A DNA stretch of 32,676 bases, taken from contig NW_003526945.1 of NCBI RefSeq assembly GCF_000181795.1, forward strand, positions 5,802,943 through 5,835,618, given 5' to 3'. Positions 23,901-32,676 of this stretch are shown here, piece by piece. The position numbers and the translations under genes are program-made. The DNA is from Trichinella spiralis (lineage: Eukaryota). Each line of letters opens with the position of its first letter. Within the stretch, counting starts at the first letter, position 1. Below the pieces are notes generated by a model that saw only the letters and a program-made list of their open reading frames with translations, did not search any database and was not told the origin of the DNA.

Positions 23901-25252
23901 CTTTTCAAGTATTGTAAAATTGAAACTTGAACTGTCATAGTGAATAGATGCTCAAGAAGGCTTAAACTTTTGTTCGAAACGAACTTTTCAGAATCAATTA
24001 CAATTTTTGAATGAAAATTATTCAATTTTTTTTCTTCTTTTTATTGAAATAAAATGATGAATGATTATTTTTGCTGATGCATTAAAAAGAAGAATAAGAA
24101 AAAGTCATTATTTATAAATTTGTCACAAACATATGGTTAGACGGAATATTCAAAGAGATAAAACAGTGATAGGTAAACTAATTTCCACCCAAAGCGACGC
24201 TAATTGAATGAAGAATAATTTAATTTCCTAATTGTATTATTTTTTCCATTATGTGAAACTCAAAAATGGACATACGAAAAAAAAGAGGCATTAATTTTAA
24301 TGGAATATCCAAATCAGTGCTGTTTTGAATTTGATGGAAATTTGAAATAGTTGTTATGTTTTGTGTTTTACATTTATAATGAAATGAATTTAAAATTTTT
24401 TAAATAAAAATGTTTTCGAAAATATCAAAGCTATCATTATAACAAGCTGTTGACGATTTATTATTTTTAAATATCGATATATTAAATTTTATCAACGTAA
24501 TTTTGTTGTCATACAGATATTTATTTATTTACATGTATACACAACAGAACGTGACAAAATATTTAAATTCACTTTTCAAAAAGAATTTCACCATATTTTC
24601 TGGCATTTTTCATTATCACATTTTAAAATCAGTTCTTTGATGTAAAAGAGATGGATTAGACGAAAGCTTGTTGAAAAAATCGATTTGATCTGATTTTCTG
24701 ATAAAGAAATTTTCAACTATTCATTCTTCTAGTTTACGTCTTGGTAGGCAAATAACTGTCAAAGATGTAAATAAGCTGATATTGATTTATAATCAGTAGG
24801 ACGGATAAGAAATTTGTAGAAACTGCCGAAGAATGTCGTGGGTATAAATTATTGATGAAATAAATTTTAATAAATCCAGACATTTTCGTACTTTCTTTCG
24901 ACCAAATTGCTTTTTCTTCAAACATCAATTTATCATCATTGTTCAATTTAATAAATTTGATTGCCATGAAATGAAATGTAGAAATCAAAAGCTGAATTGA
25001 AATGATTTTTTTTATTTAAATTTATTCTCACAAATTATTATATTATTTGGCCTTGTGCAAGCAAAAGTAAAAGCGTAACAAATTGTCGTTCTTCTCACAT
25101 TCAATTTTATTTATCACATTGATTGTCCAACAATGGCATGTTGAAAAATTCGTTTCAGTTATGAAAAGTTTCAATTAAATTGTTCAGGATGGCAAATTTA
25201 TTCATCACGTAGCATTTTAACTTATTTTATTTTTAAAAAAAAATCTCTTCAG

Positions 25253-26661
25253 ATGTTTTGACAGAAATCAAGAATCTTTTGGCAGCTTTGAGTGTATTCG
25301 TTTTGGCCATGACAATTGTCACTCTCGCGGCACTTCAGTTGAAGTATTTGAAAATTGAAAATTTGCATATTTTACTGTTTTCATTCGTGTTCGTTGTGGA
25401 CATTTTCAGATTTTGCATTTATCGCATGAAACGGAATCGTCGTCAAAAACCAACTCAAGGATATCCAAATACGTCAGAACCTCTGAAAAATATGAACATA
25501 TCTGCAATTTCTGAATCTGTTGTGGTAAATTTGCTCGTTTGTTCGATTATTATGGAGAGAAAAAAAAGTGGTTAATTTAAATTTTTAGAAAAGCCCGAAG
25601 AAAATTAACTTTTTAGCCAAATTGGATGAATTTGAAATTTTAACTCCTCTGACACCGAATACAACTCAGACAAATTTTGTAGCACTGTTACCACCAACTG
25701 TTCCGTACAATCGATCGCCCGGGAGGATAACTTTATTTCCTTTGAGTTGTTCTTTGAGGCGGGTGAATTTGAATCGAATCTACTGTTCACCGGATAGACC
25801 GGATATAGTATTTAGTCTGTACGATTCGATGAAAGCTTTCAACGGAACTACGGGTGGAAATGATGAACTGGACTTGATTTCCGTTGATAGAGTAAGTTTC
25901 AAATGTCGTAAGCACTCATCTTTTTATTTTTTTTACCTTTCATTCAATATATATATATGGAATTGCTTTATGAAATTTTATTTTAGACATCATATGCATC
26001 TGTAGTGGACAAAAATAATCCAACTGATAATAAACGTGGAATATCGGAATTAACAGAACAATGTGTCGTCAATGAAAAGAAAAAATCACAACAACACTGT
26101 GCTGATTCCGATGCATATCCATCTTCTGTATCTTCAATAACAACGGATGATGATATACCTTCACTGTCAAAATCTTCAGGTAGAGAAGATTCGGAAAATG
26201 TGAGCTTCAGCGCAACTGAATACACTTCTGACAAAAGTTTGCATAATCGTCTATATCAAATAAACAAAAATAATAAAACTATCAATAATAATAATATCAA
26301 TGACAGCGCTAGTAGTCCAAGTGGAAGCAGCATGCGAGATAGCATTTCTGGTGCTGATACAACGGATTCTTTGAGCGATAATGTTTTCGATGAACATGAA
26401 GATCTGACCAAATTCAATGATACAAATTCTGAAGTGCGTGTACCTTCTTCAGGCGTTAATCCATTTTATGGAATTCGAACAAAAAACATCTATTCAGAAA
26501 ATAATGGAAATATATCTTCTACGTATGATAGTTTTTCATTGCGATTGACAAATTTGGATAAAATTGTCGAAGAAACGGAATCTGAAACGGATAATTCACG
26601 ACCAACTTATCGTATGGAAGAACAAATAATTCCAATTTCATTATCCCATTATGAAAAATGA
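25253..26661 (+). CDS. Unknown single-pass membrane protein, 3' four exons (25253-25343, 25410-25524, 25589-25891, 25987-26661); 5' exons unresolved
   Basis: Exons are in frame with GT-AG boundaries. The hydrophobic helix LLAALSVFVLAMTIVTLAALQL is followed by the basic KFCIYRMKRNRRQK (positive-inside rule) and a ~360-aa S/T/N/D/E-rich tail ending in TGA at 26661. The first exon starts in phase 1, so coding sequence continues upstream. AATAAA at 26861. Confidence 0.7.
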
Positions 26662-28650
26662 TCATTTCTAATTTTAACTGTATGCCTTACAGTGTTGTGT
26701 AAATTGAAAAATTTTTTTACTCTACTAATAATAAGTGTAGTGTTTTGGTATAATTTATATTTAGAGTGTTTTTCATTAAATCATCAATGATTAAAATTGA
26801 ATTTTAAACAAAATGTGAAAAAAAAATTTTTTTTTAATTTTGTACGTAAAAAATATCAATAATAAAAATGAAAAATTCATAAAATCTTTTAATCATAAAA
26901 GTTAAATTGTGTATAAATAAAGAAAAAATCTGCACTAATAGTAGTACGTTTCAATATTAGCATAAAATAAATTCAATTTATCATAGTCAAATATTTGTTC
27001 AGATGTTGGTGTTTTATTTTAACGTATTTCGAAACAGTTTTACCAACATCTGTAGTTTATTTACAGAATAAGAAGAATGCAAAATAAATGTACACAGTGC
27101 CGTTTTTATTTCTTTATTTTTTACAACAAATTCCTTTATTATTCATCAATTGAATGTATAATTTGACTATCAGTGGAATATTTCTTTCGTCATTGTTGTT
27201 GTTTTTGTTCAAATTTCTGATAATATTCGATGGAATATTAATCGATTCCAATACAATTGCTACTACCAGCATTACTCATCGTACTGTACAACAAACAATT
27301 TCAAATGTACACTTGAAATGTAAATAATGAGAAAAAAATAGCAACATTTATCATTGGAAGAAGAAGATATTGATAAGATAAAGATAAAAATAAAGAAAAA
27401 AAAACTGAGAAAGAATTTTTTCAAAAAATGTACGAAAGGGAAAAAATTATTAAATTTTGTTCTGGTCAAATGTTGTATTCATTTTGATCGAATTGAATTG
27501 AAGCGTTGACCTATTTTTCCACTACAACTATTTCAATTTTACAAAATATACTGTAAATTATGACAAATGATTGGTTGAATAGAAATGGAATTTTTATTTG
27601 TTTTATTTTTGATACGATAAAATTATTTCAATTAGCAATTTGAAATGAAAGAATTGTTGCGAAGAAGAATTTCTGATTGTTTTACAAATTGGAGGGGAGA
27701 AAATTTGTGGAAAATTAATTTTCTGTCAGAAATTTGTAATTTTGAAAATTTTTGCAAAATTTGAAAAATGCATTTCCGCTAATAAAACTGCATCGAAACG
27801 TCGAACAGTCGCGCTGTCTTTCTTTTTCTTTTTCGCCTATTCTTGACATGCTTTGAAAATTTTCAACAATTCTAACCAGCCAAACGAACAAATATACCAA
27901 AAATTATGACCCGTCAAACTTTTTCTTTTTTTTTATTTCTCGTCGAAAGAATAAATCTCAACGTCCGTTGGATAAAACCGACGTCAAAAAGAACAGATCA
28001 AATTACGACATTCCTGAAAATCGGGCAAGTTGAAAAAAAAAATTTGTTCTTTTTTATTTCAATATTAATATTTTCAATATTTCAAATTCTGTCATATTTG
28101 TTTGTTGTTTCAAGGGTGGAATGGAATCGCAAGGTGCTGCCGATCGCAGCGCCACTTTTTTTTCTCTTTTCTTTTCTCTGGTCGGGTCGAGAGAAGAGAA
28201 AAACAAGAAAGGGAAAGGACGGGCAGAATTTATTCAAATTTTTATTGATCCGAATTCTCGCCACTATGCAAATTTTCAAACCAACCTACGGAGTAGTAGA
28301 TTTATTTGATTTGTCGAGTTGGTGTTTCTGTTCAACTGGCATTCCAGCAAATGGAAGAATGTCCATATTCGACGAGTGGAGTTGGAAAATTTCGAAAAGG
28401 GAGAAAAAGAAAAAGAAAAAGAAAACTTCCTCCTCCTTGCCAACTTCAAGCACATTCTACAAATTGTTACAGTAATTTATTTATTTATTTATTTATTTGT
28501 GTTGTATTTATTGAAAAAAATTTTTTTTTCATTTTAATTTCACCGAAATTATTGTAATATTTTAGTCAGTTTGTTGTTGTTTGAATTTTTATTTTCGCCA
28601 ATGAAGAAAAATAAGGTGGAAAATTTCCGAGAAACGGAAACAAGAAACAC

Positions 28651-28670
28651 AAGAAGAAGAAGAAGAAGAA
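28651..28670. repeat. (AGA)n microsatellite; similar tracts at 29301-29320 and (CTT)n at 30003-30026
   Basis: Seen directly. Confidence 0.85.
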
Positions 28671-28815
28671 GCGAGCTAGCTGTAAAATTGCTAACGCAAA
28701 TTCAGTCATCCGAAAATTTTGTTTGCGTCATCATTTATCGCAAGTTCATTTCCTGGTTGAAAAGGCAGACGGTTCAATCCGGTTTTGCCAAAAGCAGATA
28801 AATGCACGACGGTCC

Positions 28816-28830
28816 GTAACCCATGGCAAC
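28816..28830. promoter_or_regulatory. RFX/DAF-19 X-box-like motif
   Basis: GTAACC-CAT-GGCAAC fits the RFX consensus GTNRCC-N(0-3)-RGYAAC and lies in a locally GC-richer non-coding patch. Confidence 0.4.
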
Positions 28831-28937
28831 CAGCTAGTGTTGGAAAATTTTTCCTGCGACGTTCACGATGATGAACTGAAAAATTTGAAAAAGTAATAAA
28901 TTTTACACTTTTCAATAAGAAAGTAATATATTATTCG

Positions 28938-28983
28938 AACAATAACAACAACAACAACAACAAATAATAATAATAATAATAAT
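28938..28983. repeat. Compound (AAC)n(AAT)n microsatellite
   Basis: Seen directly. Confidence 0.85.
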
Positions 28984-29883
28984 TCGCTTTTGCTCTCTCT
29001 CTTTATTTCTTATCTATCTTCATTTACATTCAAATTTTTAATCGTACACATTCCAACACGATATGCTTGTCTTGTTATCGTAAATTGAACAATGACAAAA
29101 TTTTAAAATGTTTGTTTTTTCAAAAAAAATAATATTTTTTAAATTAATTCAAATTTTCAATTGTTTCCACTGATAATTTTGTCGTTGTTGTCGTTTGTCG
29201 GAAAAATTCGACGACCGACAAACGAAATTTCTCCTATTTTCCACTCGGCGGCATCGAAAATGTTTACCTTTTTCTCCACAATGTCGGAGACAAAAACGAA
29301 AAGAAGAAGAAGAAGAAGAAAAAAATCCCCGTCCAATTTTGCAAACAAGCGAAATAAATTTCAAACGCAACACAATTCTTTTCGATGCTCTGTGCGTATA
29401 TTTGGCAAATTTTTTCCGTCATCCAAACTGTTTTCGTTCTTCTTTTTTTTTCTACAGACGATGACGAAAAAAGAAACCACCCTTTCTTTATGCAAATTTT
29501 TTTTTCGTAAACAAAAAATTGTAAACCCATTTTCAAAATACCGTAGCTTATCGAATTTTATGAAAGCGAATTTTTTTTCTGTTTTGTTTTTTTTTCTAAT
29601 CTTATCTATACTGTAATTTTTGTAAAAGATGCAACATGTTGGATTTGCTACTGCATTTTTACTGTTTCAATGTGACATCAGTCGACTTGGGATGAAAATT
29701 ATTCAACATATATGTATAATATGATTATTAGTATTAGTATTATTCTATTTGAAATTTTGTATTTGTAGTATTTTTCGAATCGACTTTGAATTATATTTTG
29801 AACGTTGCAGAAATGTTGATAGAAATTTGTTGTCGCGTTTAGCTGAGCAGTCAGAAAGCTTCGACGACTAGCCGCGCTTTCCT

Positions 29884-29962
29884 ATTGGTCAACTGGTTCG
29901 TGCGCCTACGTGCGATCTCTCTCCGTATATAAATTCAAGCTAAGCGCTGGCTTTCTTCATTC
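29884..29962 (+). promoter_or_regulatory. Pol II core promoter: inverted CCAAT box, TATA box and Inr
   Basis: ATTGG at 29884-29888, TATATAAA at 29926-29933 in a GC-rich context, and TCATTC with its A at 29959, about 31 nt after TATAAA. The spacing is canonical, and the site is upstream of the gene at 30690. Confidence 0.6.
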
Positions 29963-30689
29963 TTCCTCGTCTTCTCTTCTGGTCGGTCGTTTCTGACATT
30001 TTCTCTTCTTCTTCTTCTTCTTCTTCCTATTATTATTCCACTTCTGCTTTTCATTCGTCGCTTCAAATTGCGCCTACTGTTGCAGAGAAATCTCTTTTCG
30101 CTCACATCAAAATTTATACTTACCATACAACCATACATACATAATTCGAAGCTGATTTCTACACATACATGCGAAGTTGAAATGAGTATGAAAAACTTTT
30201 CTCTTCCCTTTCGTCATAATTATTTAAAATTTATATAATTTTCAAATTTTAAAATTCTTCCCCCCCCCCCTTCGAAAAAAATTGAAACTCTCAAATTCAT
30301 CATTGGGTATTTCTTTTTTTTTCTTCTCTAATTAAAATAAGAATTTTTTTAAAGTATAAAGTTCAAATAAGAATAATTTCGTTCCAATTGGTCGAATTTT
30401 TGCATTTTTACGTACAAAAATTTTCGCCGTCGTTAAAATCAATAAAAATCGCTTCGCAAAATAAACACAAAATTAAAATTGCACATTTCGGCATTTCTGT
30501 CTACTAGTAGCATTTCTATCTTGTTGCTAATTGTGACAAAATTATTGCCGTTTAATTTGTTTGTTTGTTTGTTTGTTGCGTGTTGAATTAAGAGATGAAA
30601 GTGACAGTGGTGAACATGTGAATTCGATGCTTTCAGACTGTATAATTTTGTTAATATTTTCTCATTTTTTTGTTCAATTTTAGTTAACA

Positions 30690-32002
30690 ATGGGAAAAAG
30701 AAAGAATTCCCAATCTGAACAGGATAAATCTTCTCTTCCTACTTCCGGTACTGAGAAACCGAGTACAAAGCCGCCACCACCACCACCGGCAGCCATAGCA
30801 GCAGCAGCGGCCGCAATAGCAGCGGCGGCGGCAACGGCAGGGGGAGATGACTTATGTAAGAATTTGCTTGAACAAGCAGAACTGAAATCTACAGACAAGA
30901 CACATTTAAATAAATGACATTCAACTTTTCACATTTTAAACGAAAAAAGTAATTGTACAATTTTTGCTTATTTGAATTAGATACGAAATCAAAAATATAT
31001 GGGGAGGTTGTAAAACAACTACGCGACGGGGCTTCACCGAGTACGGTGTTCCAGATGTCGAACGAGCCTCAACCAGTATGAATTGCATCGGTTAAATTGT
31101 GCGACCAATTGATTCAACTGATCTTGACTAATTTTAAGCTTGATCTACGGAAAAAAACCGATAAAGACCGACTGTGCACTAATGCATCAACGAGTTCTTC
31201 TTCATCGCGAGCGAACAAAGACTCTGTCCGAAAACCCCGCACTGCTAGAAAACGTTTATTCATTTATTATTATTTTACATTTTAAAATTTCATTTTTTCA
31301 ACGTTGTCGGTGAATAATTTCAGGCAAATCCACTGAATTACCATCCACGTCTTCTACATGTTCGTCACAGCCACAAATTCCACTTTCTCATTTTTTTAAA
31401 ACGACACCGCGCTCTCCTGAAATCCCTGATTCGCCACAGATCAGCAGTTCAGAGTAAAGCATCCGTTTTTATACAAATTAATTTCCACGAAATAATATTA
31501 TTTTTATTATTACTATTGCTTTCATTCCTATTCTAGAGCAATTTCGAATGTTGAGAAAAATGCTACCGCTTCCATTTTATACAGCTTGTTGCAGAAGGGC
31601 AAAAGTCCTAGTAGCACTGTGAGTATTTCGTCATTCTGTTTCAAGACACCAAAGACAAATACCTTATACGAAAGGGTCATTCAATTTGTACAAATATTTC
31701 AGCTAATGAAAGTGATTTATTAATTGTAAAATTATCAATTTCCCTATACTTTTCAGTATCATTTTTACATTATTCAAATTGAAAAAAACATTTCAATTAT
31801 TGTCAATATTTTCAAAACCATTAGAAAAATATGTATTTTATACAATTCTGTGAATGCACAATTTCAGATGCCTGCTGCCTCGAATCCAAGCAGCTCCGTT
31901 TTTCCTAAGAATGACAATTATCCACTGGTGAATCCGCATCAAACTGGAAATCAACGCACTGACGTTAGCTTAGCACAGCAAGCACTGGTGAACAATCAAC
32001 AA
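30690..32002 (+). CDS. Unknown intrinsically disordered, probably nuclear protein, partial; exons 30690-30855, 30981-31075, 31139-31253, 31324-31453, 31537-31618, 31868-32002; likely continues beyond the window
   Basis: Six phase-compatible GT-AG exons: MGKRKNSQ...PPPPPP(A-rich)...GGDDL-YTKSKIYGEVVKQLRDGASPSTVFQMSNEPQP-LDLRKKTDK...RKPRTARK-RKSTELPS...QPQIPLSHFFKTTPRSP...-AISNVEKNATASILYSLLQKGKSPSST-MPAASNPSS...ALVNNQQ. Acceptor TTTTAG lies 6 nt before the ATG. No stop in the intact exons. Confidence 0.75.
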
Positions 32003-32676
32003 GTATATTTTACATGAATTAGAAAAATATTAAATTCTATTCGCACACTTGTATTCATTTTAAATGTCCAGATAATTTTAGAAAACATGCCGACTTGTTT
32101 TTTTTAATATAACTTTAAATTATTATTAGTATATTCAAAACCATTAGAATAATATGCATTTTATACAATTGCGTGAATGCACAATTTCAGATGCCTGCTC
32201 CTTCCAATTCTGAACCCTTCCATGTCTCCTCAAAATGACAGTTATCAACTGGTGAACCTGCTTCAATTTTATAAATTCCACGTAATGAATATACTTTAGA
32301 AAATCAAGCACCGGTGAACAATCAAAAAGTATATTCTAACTGAATTGTAACAATATTAAATTGAATTTGCCCACTTGAAGTCATTTTTTTTTGCTTTTAA
32401 TTTGTCTCAACATGCCGAATTGTTTTTTATTATTATTTATAAATTATTATTAAAATTTTCAAAACCACTGATCAAATATTGTATTTTATACAATTCCGTG
32501 AATGCACTATTTCATATGCCTGCTCCCTCTACTCCTAACTCCCCCATTTCTTCTAACATTGACACTACTCCAATGGTTAACCCGCATCACACAGAAAAAC
32601 ATCTCACTGACAATGTCATAATACATCATTGACTGATGAATGCTCTGTAATATATATATACACGTAATTACAAAAT
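31790..32676 (+). repeat. Tandem ~324-bp intron+exon units, at least 3 copies, running off the window end
   Basis: The block caaaacca...ttttatacaatt.cgtgaatgcac.atttca(g/t)ATGCCTGCT recurs with exon starts at 31868, 32191 and 32516 (periods 323 and 325). Confidence 0.92.
32191..32650 (+). pseudogene. Two decayed copies (pseudo-exons) of the 135-nt repeat exon
   Basis: Copy 2 (32191) keeps TTTCAG but has an indel giving MPAPSNSEPFHVSSK*. Copy 3 (32516) has its acceptor mutated to TTTCAT and in-frame stops (..VIIHH*LMNAL*). Confidence 0.6.

Noticed and set aside
27906..29616. Long ORFs of 189 aa and 151 aa and the ORFs overlapping them
   Set aside because: F/K/R-rich translations arise from poly-A/T runs and AGA microsatellites; no coherent exon structure.
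1..32676. Prokaryotic systems (CRISPR arrays, operons, defence islands), tRNA or rRNA genes
   Set aside because: The sequence is intron-rich eukaryotic DNA; no repeat-spacer array, cloverleaf or rRNA motif was seen.

Overview
This is AT-rich eukaryotic DNA with many short GT-AG introns (mostly 50-90 nt) and TTTCAG/TTTTAG acceptors. It is nematode-like, and a Trichinella-type genome is my inference. The ORF track misses most real genes because they are spliced. Reading exons by hand gives six parts. (1) A partial AKTIP/FTS/crossbronx-like inactive E2 variant on the minus strand (2640-3074). (2) A complete 23-exon gamma-tubulin complex component 3 gene on the plus strand (4744-9200, ~865 aa), divergent from gene 1. 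(3) A nest of dead mobile elements (~10.2-14.3 kb): an internally deleted Buster-type hAT with one surviving TIR, LTR-retroelement-like scraps and a solo-LTR-like 525-bp unit, bracketed by a ~290-bp direct repeat. (4) A Spen/SHARP/DIN-1-family gene on the minus strand (16652-20524) with RRM1-4 that appears to stop at ~640 aa with no SPOC domain. (5) The 3' exons of an unknown single-pass membrane protein (25253-26661). (6) A TATA/CCAAT-driven gene from 30690 encoding a disordered protein with CtBP-type (PLDLR), PCNA PIP-box (QIPLSHFF) and NR-box (SILYSLL) motifs, running into a ~324-bp tandem exon-intron array with decayed copies. No rRNA, tRNA or CRISPR was found. All homology calls are by-eye recall of family sequences, not database searches.
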